A program made the position numbers and the translations under genes. From contig JALCBY010000016.1 in the NCBI GenBank assembly GCA_028066055.1, positions 2,833 to 66,832 of the forward strand: a DNA stretch of 64,000 bases, read 5' to 3'. How positions within the stretch are numbered: the stretch's first letter is position 1; every line of letters begins with the position of its first letter. Source of the DNA: Hyphomicrobiaceae bacterium. Lineage in GTDB: Bacteria; Pseudomonadota; Alphaproteobacteria; Rhizobiales; Methyloligellaceae. This document shows, piece after piece, positions 51,397 to 61,296 of this stretch. The notes beneath the pieces are model-generated. The model ran no database searches. It was given only the letters and a program-made list of their open reading frames with translations, and was not told the DNA's origin.

Positions 51397-52854
51397 ATGG
51401 CCGTCAGTTCACCGGATCTCGGATTCAAACCCAAGGGGTTGTTCATCGGCGGCGAATGGACGGCGGCGGGCTCCGGCGAAGCCATCACCACCACCAATCC
51501 GTCCAACGGCGAAACGCTTGGCGAGGTTCCGCTCGCCAACGAGGACGATGTTGACGCCGCTGTGGCGGCGGCCAAGGCCGCCTTTCCGGGGTGGGCGGGG
51601 ACGCCGCTGACCAAACGCGCGGAGTGTTTGGTCAAGCTGGCGGATGCGATCGATGCGCATGCGGAACAATTGGCGCTGATGGATGCCGTCGACAGCGGCA
51701 ATGCCTATTCCGGAATGCTCGGCGACATGACGTGGACGTCCGATACGTTTCGCTACTTCGCGGGTCTCGTTCTGGAAATCAAGGGCGAGACGCTGTCCCG
51801 CGAGCCGGGGCACCTCAACATGACGCTTCGGCAGCCCTATGGCGTCGTAGCGAAGATTAATCCGTTCAATCACCCGTTCCGCTTCTGCGCCGAAAAAGCC
51901 GCAGCTCCTTTGGCCGCCGGCAATACGGTCGTGATCAAGGGCCCCGAACAGGCGCCGCTGTCGAGCCTCAGGCTTGGCGAGTTGTGCGAAGAGATCTTTC
52001 CACCCGGCGTTGTCAATATCGTCACGGGCGACGGAAAGACGGGCTCCGCCATGGTCCGTCACAAGGATGTGCCGCGCATTGGCTTCGTCGGATCGGCCGA
52101 CACGGGCCGCATCATCGCGCGCGAGGCCGCTGACGGCCTGAAGCAGGTGACGCTTGAACTCGGCGGCAAGAACCCGATTGTCATCTTTCCCGATGCCGAC
52201 CCGAAGAAAGCCGCGGCGCAGGCGGTCAAGTCCATGAACATGAACCGGCAGGGTCAGTCCTGCTCTTCGACGTCGCGGGTCTTGGTGCATGAATCCCTGC
52301 ATGATGAGGTGGTCAACGAGCTGGTAAAAGCCGCGTCGGCGATCCCGATCGGGTTTCCGTGGCTCGAGGGCGCCGAAATGGGTCCGATCGTTTCGCAGCA
52401 ACAGTATGATCGGGTCATGCGCTATATCGGCTACGGCAGCGAGGATGGAGCCAATCTCCTGACCGGCGGAGGTGCGCCCGACGATGACAATCTCAAGAAC
52501 GGGTATTTTGTTGCACCGACCGTATTCGACGGCGTCACGCCGGACATGCGCATCGGTCAGGACGAGATTTTCGGACCCGTGATGTCGGTGATGACCTGGT
52601 CGGACTTCGACGAGATGATCGAAATCGCGAACGGGGTCATGTATGGGCTCACGGCGTCGATCGTCACCGGTGACTTTGCGACCGCCATGCGCGCGGCTGA
52701 ACGGATCGATGCCGGCTATGTCTGGATCAACTCTGGTGGCCGTTATCTCGGTGCGCCCTATGGGGGGTGGAAGCAGAGCGGTCTCGGCAAGGAAGAAACC
52801 TTCGAGGAGCTGCTCAGCTACACGCGCGTCAAGAACGTCAACATGCGCTGGTAG
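51397..52854 (+). CDS. NAD(P)-dependent aldehyde dehydrogenase (PhnY-like by context)
   Basis: ATG 51397 lies after GGAGG. It has the ALDH motifs ELGGKNP and catalytic-Cys context NRQGQSCSSTSR. The phosphonoacetaldehyde specificity is inferred from neighbours only. Confidence 0.8.
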   Translation: MAVSSPDLGFKPKGLFIGGEWTAAGSGEAITTTNPSNGETLGEVPLANEDDVDAAVAAAKAAFPGWAGTPLTKRAECLVKLADAIDAHAEQLALMDAVDSGNAYSGMLGDMTWTSDTFRYFAGLVLEIKGETLSREPGHLNMTLRQPYGVVAKINPFNHPFRFCAEKAAAPLAAGNTVVIKGPEQAPLSSLRLGELCEEIFPPGVVNIVTGDGKTGSAMVRHKDVPRIGFVGSADTGRIIAREAADGLKQVTLELGGKNPIVIFPDADPKKAAAQAVKSMNMNRQGQSCSSTSRVLVHESLHDEVVNELVKAASAIPIGFPWLEGAEMGPIVSQQQYDRVMRYIGYGSEDGANLLTGGGAPDDDNLKNGYFVAPTVFDGVTPDMRIGQDEIFGPVMSVMTWSDFDEMIEIANGVMYGLTASIVTGDFATAMRAAERIDAGYVWINSGGRYLGAPYGGWKQSGLGKEETFEELLSYTRVKNVNMRW

Positions 52855-53036
52855 AATCTCCGACATTCTTCAGCCGATGGTTGTAAGTTTGGCAATATCC
52901 GTAGGGCCGTTGCGCCTTTTCCGGACAATTTGACTTGTCTTCGGCCACCAAATCCATGTTTTGTAATGCGGGAATGCATATGCAGGTGCATATAAAGTAG
53001 CTTCTCGCCGAGACTAGCCCCCGCCGGAGACCTCCA

Positions 53037-54224
53037 ATGAAACTCAACCGAGGCCGAATGCTGACCTCAATGCCCGGACCTTCTGTGATCCCGGAGCGCG
53101 TGTTGAGCGCTATGCACACGGCAATGCCGAACATCTATGAAGGTGCGCTGATCGACACCAGCGTAAGCGTTTTCGACGAGCTGCCGGCAATCGCCAAAAC
53201 ATCCGGACGGGCCTTCATGGCGATCTCGAACGGTCACGGTGCGTGGGAGATGGCTCTGACCAACACGCTCTGTCGGGGCGACCATGTGCTGGTGCTGGAA
53301 TCGGGGCGTTTCGCCATTGGTTGGGGCAACCAGGCGAACGTGCTCGGCGCGGAGATCGAGGTGCTCAATGCGCCCGCGCGCGGCGCGATCGACCCCCAGG
53401 CAGTTGAGGAACGGCTGCGTGCGGACACGGATCACAAGATCAAGGCGGTTCTGGCGGTTCAGGTGGATACCGCATCGGGTGTCTGGAACGATATCGCGGA
53501 AATCGGCCGCGTCATTCGCGCCTCCGGTCATCCCGCGCTCTTCATGGTCGACTGCATTGCCTCGCTTGGTTGTGTGGAGTACCGAATGGACGACTGGAGT
53601 GTCGACGTTACGGTGGGTGGCAGTCAGAAGGGTCTGATGGTGCCCCCGGGTCTCGGCATCGTCTGGGCGGGCGAGAAGGCGATGTCCGCACACAAGCGCG
53701 CCGACATGCGCACGCCTTACTGGGACTGGACGGCGCGTCAGTCGAACGACGCGCATTACCTGCGCTATTGCGGAACGGCACCGATCCAGCACATCTACGC
53801 CATGCGAACCGCTCTCGACATGATCACCGAGGAGGGTCTTGAGGCGGTCTGGGCGCGCCATGCGGTCTTTGCGGATGCGGTGCGCGCCGCTGTGGAGGCC
53901 TGGTCGGCACCGGGCGGTCTGGAATTCAACATCATTGATCCCGCGCATCGTTCGGATTCAACGACAACCGTTCTGACGGGGTCGATCGATGCCGAACGTC
54001 TGTGCCGGGTTTGCGAGGATGGCGCCGGTCTGACACTTGGAATCGGACTCGGTGACTTCGCGGGACGCGCGTTCCGGATCGGCCATATGGGGCATCTGAA
54101 CCCGACCATGGTACTGGGAACGCTCGCGACAATCGAGGCTGCCCTCGGTGCAATGGATGCGCCGGTTGGGAGCTCGGGTGCCACCGCCGCTGCTCGCGTC
54201 GTTTCCGATGCACTGAAGTCCTGA
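53037..54224 (+). CDS. class V aminotransferase (serine-pyruvate/AGXT-like; candidate 2-aminoethylphosphonate transaminase)
   Basis: It has MLTSMPGPSVIPERVL, and GGSQKGLMVPPGLG with the PLP-lysine context SQK. The substrate is inferred from context. Confidence 0.75.
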   Translation: MKLNRGRMLTSMPGPSVIPERVLSAMHTAMPNIYEGALIDTSVSVFDELPAIAKTSGRAFMAISNGHGAWEMALTNTLCRGDHVLVLESGRFAIGWGNQANVLGAEIEVLNAPARGAIDPQAVEERLRADTDHKIKAVLAVQVDTASGVWNDIAEIGRVIRASGHPALFMVDCIASLGCVEYRMDDWSVDVTVGGSQKGLMVPPGLGIVWAGEKAMSAHKRADMRTPYWDWTARQSNDAHYLRYCGTAPIQHIYAMRTALDMITEEGLEAVWARHAVFADAVRAAVEAWSAPGGLEFNIIDPAHRSDSTTTVLTGSIDAERLCRVCEDGAGLTLGIGLGDFAGRAFRIGHMGHLNPTMVLGTLATIEAALGAMDAPVGSSGATAAARVVSDALKS

Positions 54225-54242
54225 AGCCCGCGCGGCGGGCTT
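54224..54242. terminator. short GC hairpin shared by convergent gene ends
   Basis: AAGCCCGC, gcg, GCGGGCTT spans the two stop codons (TGA 54222-54224, TTA 54241-54243). The loop is very short, so pairing is probably 6-7 bp. Confidence 0.35.
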
Positions 54243-55455
54243 AATCCTTCACGAGAGCGTTTGCTGCGGTCTGTATCCGCCGGCCCGCTTCTTCGAGCTC
54301 CTCCATGGATGCAGCGAAGGACACGCGGAAGTTGGGCGACATCCCGTATGCGGCACCGTGAACGAGCGCAACGCCATGATCATCCATCAGATGCATGACA
54401 AGATCCTGGTCGGTTTCGATCCTCTTGCCGGCAGGCGTGGTCGTACCCATCAGCCCAGCGCAGTCGGGAAAGGCATAAAAGGCACCTTCGGGCGTCCGAC
54501 AGGTAATGCCGGTCGTCTGGTTGAGCATGGATACGATCAGATCGCGCCGGTCCTGGTAGGCGCGTCGGCAGGTCTCGATGAAGTCCTGCGGGCCGGTGAG
54601 TGCGGCGAGCGCTGCGGCCTGTCCGACCGATGACGTTCCGGATGTCGATTGCGACTGGACTTTGACCATCTGCGAGGTGAGCGCTTTCGGTGCGCCCGCA
54701 AAGCCGATGCGGAAACCGGTCATGGAATATGCCTTGGAGACCCCGTTCACGGTGATGGTCCGGTCTTTCAGATCGGGTGCGACCACTGCCATCGTAGCGG
54801 CCTTTCGTCCGTCGAACACGATATGCTCGTAAATGTCGTCGGTGAGAATCCAGATCTGGGGATGTTTGCGGAGCACTTCCGCCAGCTCCTTGAGATTTCC
54901 TTCAGTGTAAACGGCGCCGCTCGGATTTGATGGCGTGTTGATCATCAGCAGCCGGGTTTGCGGGGTGATTGCGCCTTCAAGGGCCTCGGCGGAGAGTTTG
55001 AATCCGACATCGCCGCTGCACGGTACGACCTTCGCAGTGCCGTTCACCAATTGCACGATCTGTTCGTAGGATATCCAATAAGGAGCCGGGATGATGACTT
55101 CGTCGCCCTTCTCGACGGTCGCCATGACGGCGTTGTAGATCACCTGCTTCGCGCCGGTGGAGACGATGATCTCATCGGTCTCATACGCCAGCCCGTTCTC
55201 GCGACGGAATTTCTCCTGGATGGCGGTCTTGAGCTCCGGTGTTCCGGAAATGCTCGTATATTTCGTCTGTCCGTCGAGCATGGCCCGGTGCGCCGCCTCG
55301 ATGACGTGCGGTGGCGTCTGGAAGTCAGGCTCGCCCGCGCTCAAGGCGAGCATGTCATGGCCTTCCGCCCGCAACTCGCGCGCGCGTTGCGATGCGACTG
55401 CACTCGGCGACGTGCTGATTCTTCCCACTCTCTCCGTGACCTTTGGTCTGGTCAT
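54241..55455 (-). CDS. pyridoxal-phosphate-dependent aminotransferase, class I (aspartate aminotransferase-like)
   Basis: It has LSAGEPDFQTPPHV, NPSNPSG and VNGVSKAYSMTGFRIG (PLP Lys). I prefer ATG 55455, 8 nt after GGGGGA; the track start is 55518. Confidence 0.85.
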   Translation of the reverse strand: MTRPKVTERVGRISTSPSAVASQRARELRAEGHDMLALSAGEPDFQTPPHVIEAAHRAMLDGQTKYTSISGTPELKTAIQEKFRRENGLAYETDEIIVSTGAKQVIYNAVMATVEKGDEVIIPAPYWISYEQIVQLVNGTAKVVPCSGDVGFKLSAEALEGAITPQTRLLMINTPSNPSGAVYTEGNLKELAEVLRKHPQIWILTDDIYEHIVFDGRKAATMAVVAPDLKDRTITVNGVSKAYSMTGFRIGFAGAPKALTSQMVKVQSQSTSGTSSVGQAAALAALTGPQDFIETCRRAYQDRRDLIVSMLNQTTGITCRTPEGAFYAFPDCAGLMGTTTPAGKRIETDQDLVMHLMDDHGVALVHGAAYGMSPNFRVSFAASMEELEEAGRRIQTAANALVKD

Positions 55456-55561
55456 TCTCATTATCCCCCGTCTGCTGTTGGTTCGGTTCAGTGATGGCGT
55501 GCGAGCAATGGCCGGCACGCCTGTCTTGACTCTGCCGAACTATACATGATTGCTTGCTGGT

Positions 55562-56257
55562 ATGGCAGTGGTACCTCAGTTAGAGCGGGAACGGGCTTAT
55601 GACAAGCTCATCCGGTTGATTCTGTCGGGAAGTTTTGCTCCTGGTGATCCGATATCCGAGCGCGGTCTTTCCGAAAAACTCAAAATCGGCCGGACGCCGA
55701 TCCGCGAAGCATTGCGCGATCTGGAGCGCTCCGGACTGGTCGAGGTGGTGCCCGCGAGAGGGACGTTCGTAAAGCGTCCGTCCCTTTCCGACATGCGGGA
55801 AATCTTCGAAATTCGCTATGCGCTTGAAGGCATGGCGGCGTTCACTGCGGCCAAGCGTGGCGCAACGCCTGATCTGCTTGCATTCCGGGAAAAGTTCGAG
55901 GAGCTGATCCGCAATCCGGAAAAATCAACGGCTGCGGACATCGACGAACTCGGGGCCAGGTTCCATCAGAAGATTATCGAGGCAACAGGAAACCGGACTC
56001 TGCAGAAGGTGTTCAAACAGTTTCGCCTGCCGTTCCTTCTTGAGAGCAGTCTTGTCCATGTGAGGCGCCTGATCGTCATCAAACAGCTTGTGGACGAACA
56101 TCTCGCCATCCTCGACGCCATCGAACGCCGGGATGCGCCAGGAGCACAAAGCTTGATGTGCGCGCACCTTATGAGCGGATGGCGCATGCGGCTCGACATG
56201 TTCAACAGCCTGGAAGATTTCGAACCACTCGAGATAGAAGCGATGGACGCCGGTTGA
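55562..56257 (+). CDS. GntR family transcriptional regulator (FadR/FCD subfamily)
   Basis: It has the wHTH segment SERGLSEKLKIGRTPIREALRDLERSGLVEVVPARGTFV and a helical FCD-like C-terminus. The start is uncertain (TTG 55550 or ATG 55562). Confidence 0.8.
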   Translation: MAVVPQLERERAYDKLIRLILSGSFAPGDPISERGLSEKLKIGRTPIREALRDLERSGLVEVVPARGTFVKRPSLSDMREIFEIRYALEGMAAFTAAKRGATPDLLAFREKFEELIRNPEKSTAADIDELGARFHQKIIEATGNRTLQKVFKQFRLPFLLESSLVHVRRLIVIKQLVDEHLAILDAIERRDAPGAQSLMCAHLMSGWRMRLDMFNSLEDFEPLEIEAMDAG

Positions 56258-56425
56258 CGGAACATCGACCTGAGAAGCGCCGCCGCAGGTATGTGATATC
56301 ATTGTTGCGGCAGGGAACGGGCACGTCCACGCCGGGATTGCTTTTATAGAAAACCAGAACGGTTCAGACTGCTGCGCTACCAAGGTTCACCCGGTTGATT
56401 GCGGCCATTTGCTGGAGAATTTGAT

Positions 56426-57499
56426 ATGACATCCGAGATTCGCGTCGACCTCGTCAGCGACACCTCCACGAAGCCCGGCGCTGAAATGCGTGAGGCGATG
56501 GCCGCTGCCGAGGTCGGTGACGAGCAGCGTGGGGAAGACCCGACCACGCTGGCACTTTGCGAACGGGTAGCTGAACTGCTCGCAATGGAAGCAGGTATTT
56601 TCCTCCCCTCCGGCATCATGTGCAATCAGACCGCCATCGCCGTGCATTGCCGGCCCGGCGATGAAATCCTTGCTGCCGAAAACGCGCATATCGTTGGATC
56701 GGAGGGTGCAGGCGCTGCCGTTTTCGCGGGATCGTTTGTCCGGGCAGTTCCGTCCAGGCAGGATATTTTCGATGGTTCCAGTCTTGAGGCGGCAGTGCGG
56801 CCCCGGCGCCCCAAATCGCCACGCGCAAGTCTGGTGAGTGTGGAACAGACTGCCAATCGCGGGGGCGGTGCAATCTGGCCTCTCGATACGTTGGTCGAGG
56901 TCGCAGAAGTGGCGCGGGCGCATGATCTTGCCGTACATATGGATGGCGCGCGACTGCTCAACGCTGCCGTCGCTTCGGGCAACCCGGCGTCTGCCTACGC
57001 CGCACAGTGCGACAGTGCCTGGCTCGACCTGTCGAAGGGCCTGGGATGTCCGGTTGGGGGTGTCCTGGCGGGCTCGGCCGCGTTCATCGACGAGGCCTGG
57101 ATTTGGAAACACCGGTTCGGCGGCAGCATGCGGCAGTCTGGCATTCTCGCGGCTGCGGGGTTGTATGCTCTGGAGCATAATGTCGACCGGCTTCAGGACG
57201 ATCATGACAACGCCAAACGGCTCGCGAGACGGCTCGCGGACATCCCGGGGATATGTCTGGTTTTCGATGAAATACCGACAAACATGGTGTTTTTCGACGT
57301 CTCCGGCACAGGATTGAGCGCGCAGGCGATCTCGGAAAAGCTGTTGGCGAAGGGCATTCGTATTGGCGCGGAGACCGAAACGCGGATGCGCGCCGTGACG
57401 CATCTTGATGTCACGCGCGATGGCGTTGACGAAGCGTCGGATGCACTGCTCGCTCTGGTCCAGAGCGAAGGCGGTGGATCGGTTGCCGCGGCCGAGTAA
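56426..57499 (+). CDS. ltaE: low-specificity L-threonine aldolase
   Basis: The segments VDLVSDTSTKPGAEMREAM..VGDEQRGEDPT, HMDGARLLNA, LSKGLGCPVG, MRQSGILAAAGLYALEHNVDRLQDDHDNA and THLDV parallel E. coli LtaE. ATG 56426 lies after GGAGA. Confidence 0.85.
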   Translation: MTSEIRVDLVSDTSTKPGAEMREAMAAAEVGDEQRGEDPTTLALCERVAELLAMEAGIFLPSGIMCNQTAIAVHCRPGDEILAAENAHIVGSEGAGAAVFAGSFVRAVPSRQDIFDGSSLEAAVRPRRPKSPRASLVSVEQTANRGGGAIWPLDTLVEVAEVARAHDLAVHMDGARLLNAAVASGNPASAYAAQCDSAWLDLSKGLGCPVGGVLAGSAAFIDEAWIWKHRFGGSMRQSGILAAAGLYALEHNVDRLQDDHDNAKRLARRLADIPGICLVFDEIPTNMVFFDVSGTGLSAQAISEKLLAKGIRIGAETETRMRAVTHLDVTRDGVDEASDALLALVQSEGGGSVAAAE

Positions 57500-57637
57500 G
57501 GTTCAAGCCCTCACTAAAGGATTTTCGCCGTCACCATGACCGGCCAGAGCGCTGCTTTGGTGAAATGTATCGGTGGTGGGCCAACGGCCGTGAGACGTAT
57601 CCCTGCGTCTCCATCAGGACGGGCGTCGGTTAGCCGA

Positions 57638-58969
57638 TCATCGCTTGCGCTTCTGCTCCACCGTATAGATTTCGGTCGGCGTCTCCCGTCCGCGAACCGT
57701 CACCTCACCGACCCGTTTGAACCGGAATTTTGGCCCACAGGCTTCGACCGTGTTTTCCCCGACCAGAATATAGGACCCATACTGCTTGTTCTGCTGTTCA
57801 AGCCGGGCGGCAACATTCACCTGATCGCCATGAACCGTGAAGCAAAGCCGATCCTGCGAGCCGATCGCGCCGACGACAATCTCGCCGGTATTGACGCCGC
57901 AGCGCGTCGGGAGCTTGCCGCCGTGGCAGAACTTTTTCTTGAGCGTCAGTTTGCGGATTCCGATGGCCGTTTCCACGGCATTGATCGCGTGATTCTCATC
58001 GGGTGTCACGGCGTTGAAGGTGATCAGCATCAGGTCGCCCTGGAACTGGGTGATCACACCGCCATACTTGTCGATGATCTCGCATGTGGCTTCGAAATAC
58101 TCGTTCAGGAGTTCCGCCAGCTGCTGTGGCGTAAGTTTCTCCGCAACGGTCGAAAATCCCTCGATATCGGTGAACACGACCGTACCGATACGTGACTCAC
58201 CGTCGCCGGGCTGCACAGCCTGGTCCGACGATGTGATCCGGGCTGCCACCTCACGCGAAACGAAGCGCGAGAGGTCCCGCGCGGCGGTCGCGTCCAGCAC
58301 GGCTCGGTCGAGAATGCGCTGCGCCCGGAGGATGGCCACGAACAGAATGAACGTCACGGCGGCCATTGAAATAATTTTGTCGACCTCGGCCCCGATCAGC
58401 ACGGCATTTGACGTCAGATACTCCACATAGTTTTTCGTCCGCATCGGATTATCCGGATCCGCGAACAGCACGTAGCTGACCATGGCTGCCCAGCCGATGA
58501 TGGCCGTGAGGCCGGCCCAAATGATGAAACGCGGTTCGAAGCGAAGTGTCCGCAAGGCGATGAAAATGAACACATACATGAGCGTCGGCGCCTTCAGATA
58601 GAAAGAGGCCGGTTGCTCATACTGGATGTGAAAGCTCCAGATCAGGAACATCAGCAGTCCCATGTCGATGATCACCGAAGCGATCAGCAACCAATTCGGC
58701 AGGTAGTTCCGGTAGGCGGCAAACAGACGGACGATCGTGAACAGGAAATAGGCCGAGATCGCCCACGGCACGGGCTGCACCATGGCATGCGATCCTGTTT
58801 TGGGCGCCAGACCGTAAAGCGCGGCAAAAGTGACAACGAGCACAAGCTGCACCCAGCCGATCAGCTTCTCGCCTTCCTGCTGCTGCCGCGAAATGTCTTC
58901 CTGAACCCGTCGCGGCAGACCGTCGGACAGTCTTTCGCCGAAAATGAATTGCCTAAGTTCTGAAAGCAT
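57638..58969 (-). CDS. membrane-anchored class III adenylate/guanylate cyclase
   Basis: It has about six N-terminal TM helices. The cyclase homology domain then follows (GTVVFTDIEGFSTVAEKL...FQGDLMLITFN...GVNTGEIVVGAIG...TVHGDQVNVAARLE). Confidence 0.85.
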   Translation of the reverse strand: MLSELRQFIFGERLSDGLPRRVQEDISRQQQEGEKLIGWVQLVLVVTFAALYGLAPKTGSHAMVQPVPWAISAYFLFTIVRLFAAYRNYLPNWLLIASVIIDMGLLMFLIWSFHIQYEQPASFYLKAPTLMYVFIFIALRTLRFEPRFIIWAGLTAIIGWAAMVSYVLFADPDNPMRTKNYVEYLTSNAVLIGAEVDKIISMAAVTFILFVAILRAQRILDRAVLDATAARDLSRFVSREVAARITSSDQAVQPGDGESRIGTVVFTDIEGFSTVAEKLTPQQLAELLNEYFEATCEIIDKYGGVITQFQGDLMLITFNAVTPDENHAINAVETAIGIRKLTLKKKFCHGGKLPTRCGVNTGEIVVGAIGSQDRLCFTVHGDQVNVAARLEQQNKQYGSYILVGENTVEACGPKFRFKRVGEVTVRGRETPTEIYTVEQKRKR

Positions 58970-59084
58970 TCATCTGTCTCCCTGCGATGCTTTCGCTTTT
59001 TCTATGTACGCATGGAAGCTGAGGAAATATGCACACAGTTTGATGATTGAACCGCTATATCTTGTGTGGTTCCGAATGTTGCAT

Positions 59085-60260
59085 CTATTTGTAGGGGTCA
59101 GCGGCATCGCGCAAACCATCCCCCAGAAAATTGAACGCGATAATCACAAGCACCACGGGTACCACGGGCAGGATCAGCCACGGGTAGAGCGCAACCACAT
59201 TGATGTTCTGCGCTTCGTTCAGCAGCACGCCCCAGCTGGTGATTGGCGGGCGCAGCCCCAGCCCGAGGAATGACAATGCGGTTTCGCCGAGAATGATCGT
59301 CGGGATCGACAGCGTGGCCGAGGCGATGAGATGGCTCATCAACCCGGGAAGGAGATGGCGGCCGATAATGCGTCTCGGCCGCGCGCCCATGAGCTGCGCG
59401 GCTAGACAGTAATCGTCCTCCCGCAGCGACAGGATCTTCGAGCGCACGGCGCGTGCAAGGCCCGTCCAGTCGAGCATGGCAAGAATGACCGTGATGGCGA
59501 AGTATATGAGCAGCGGGCTCCATGTCACCGGCAGAACTGCGGACAAGGCCATCCATAGCGGAATCTGCGGGAAGGACTGGATGACCTCGATCACCCGCTG
59601 GGTGATCAGGTCGACGATGCCGCCATAGTATCCGGCGATGCCGCCGATCACGAGGGCCAGGGAAAAGCTGATGGCGATGCCGAGAAGACCGATGGTAAGC
59701 GAGATGCGCGCACCGTAGACAATGCGTGACAGAATATCGCGTCCCAGCCGGTCGGTGCCGAGCAGGAACAGCGTTCCGCCCTTTTCCGGGCAGATCAGGT
59801 GGACGTTGCTTTTGAACAATCCCCAGAAGTCGTATTCATCCCCCCGGCAGAAAAATTTCAGCCGGTAGATTTTGCTTTTGTCTTCCGTATACACCCTTTG
59901 CAGGTTTTCCATATTGAGCCGGTAGTTGGTGCCGTAGACGAACGGGCCGATGAACGACCCTTCATCGAACAGGTGAACGCTCTGCGGTGGCGCGAAGATG
60001 AAATCGACGTTCCGGGTGTGCAGCGCATAAGGCGCCAGGAATTCGGAGATGAGGATCGAGAAATAGGTCAGAAGCAGAAAAATGCCCGAAATTACCGCCA
60101 GCCGATGGCGTGTGAACTTCCACCACATCAGCTTCCATTGCGACGCCAGGTAGTATTTTTCCTGAGCCGCCGAAACCGCGTGGTCCGGGACCTCCGGATC
60201 GAACGGTTCACTGGAAACGAAATGCTTCAGCTTTGCAGTTTTTCGGGGCGACGGGGTCAT
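59085..60260 (-). CDS. ABC transporter permease (DppC/OppC family)
   Basis: ATG 60260 overlaps the upstream permease stop (ATGA). It has an EAA-like region (AAQLMGARPRRIIGRHLLP). Confidence 0.85.
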   Translation of the reverse strand: MTPSPRKTAKLKHFVSSEPFDPEVPDHAVSAAQEKYYLASQWKLMWWKFTRHRLAVISGIFLLLTYFSILISEFLAPYALHTRNVDFIFAPPQSVHLFDEGSFIGPFVYGTNYRLNMENLQRVYTEDKSKIYRLKFFCRGDEYDFWGLFKSNVHLICPEKGGTLFLLGTDRLGRDILSRIVYGARISLTIGLLGIAISFSLALVIGGIAGYYGGIVDLITQRVIEVIQSFPQIPLWMALSAVLPVTWSPLLIYFAITVILAMLDWTGLARAVRSKILSLREDDYCLAAQLMGARPRRIIGRHLLPGLMSHLIASATLSIPTIILGETALSFLGLGLRPPITSWGVLLNEAQNINVVALYPWLILPVVPVVLVIIAFNFLGDGLRDAADPYK

Positions 60261-61255
60261 CTGGCCACGCCTCCGGCAAGACGAATCCTCGGATCGAGCC
60301 ACGCGAGCAACAGGTCGGAAATCAGCACGCCGACGACCGTCAGGGTGGCGAGGAACATGAGGAACGATCCCGCGAGATACATGTCCTGGCTTTGCAATGC
60401 GGCGATCAGGATCGGACCGGTTGTCGGCAGCGAGAGAACCACCGCCACCAGTTCCGCGCCGGAAATGATGCTGGGCAGAAGAGTACCGATGTCCGCGACG
60501 AAGAAGTTCAGGGCGGCGCGCAGCGGATATTTAACGAGCGCGCGGAACGGGGGAAGGCCCTTCGCCCGCGCCGTGACGACATACTGTTTCTGCAGTTCGT
60601 CCAGCAGGTTGGCGCGAAGACGGCGGATCATTCCTGCAGTGCCCGACGTGCCGATAACCACCACCGGGATCCACAGATGCTCAAGCACGGACATGGCCTT
60701 GTCCATGCTCCACGGCTGGTCGATATATTTCGCGTCCATCAGGCCGCCGATCGACGTGCCGAAAGTGACATTGGCAAAATAGAGCAGGATGAGAGCGAGC
60801 AGGAAATTGGGCGTGGCGAGCCCCAGAAGGCCGATGAAGGTCAGCCCGTAATCCCCCCAACTATACTGGTGCGTCGCGGAATAGATGCCGATTGGGAAGG
60901 CGATGATCCAGGTGAAAATGATTGTCGCCATCGACACCAGGATCGTCAGGAACAGCCGGTCTCCGACGACGTCCGACACCGGCAATCTGTATTCGAAGGA
61001 ATAGCCGAAATCCCCCTGCAGCATGCCGCCGACCCAGCGCAGATAGCGATCGACGGGAGATGCGTCGAAACCGTAGCGTTCGCGCAAAAACTCGATTTCC
61101 TGGGGGTCGACACTCTCGCCCTGCGCCTGCAGCTCGGCAACATAGCTCTCCAGATAGTCCCCCGGCGGCAGTTCGATGATGATGAACACGATCATGCTGA
61201 TCGCGAGCAGTGTCGGGATCATGATCAGAATGCGGCGAATGATATAGCCGATCAT
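60257..61255 (-). CDS. ABC transporter permease (DppB/OppB family)
   Basis: The N-terminus MIGYIIRRILIMIPTLLAISMIVFIIIELPPGDY is a canonical DppB-type N-terminus. Confidence 0.9.
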   Translation of the reverse strand: MIGYIIRRILIMIPTLLAISMIVFIIIELPPGDYLESYVAELQAQGESVDPQEIEFLRERYGFDASPVDRYLRWVGGMLQGDFGYSFEYRLPVSDVVGDRLFLTILVSMATIIFTWIIAFPIGIYSATHQYSWGDYGLTFIGLLGLATPNFLLALILLYFANVTFGTSIGGLMDAKYIDQPWSMDKAMSVLEHLWIPVVVIGTSGTAGMIRRLRANLLDELQKQYVVTARAKGLPPFRALVKYPLRAALNFFVADIGTLLPSIISGAELVAVVLSLPTTGPILIAALQSQDMYLAGSFLMFLATLTVVGVLISDLLLAWLDPRIRLAGGVAR

Positions 61256-61296
61256 GCCCTAACCCCCGTATATCCCTGCTCTCAGCCTCAACCCGA

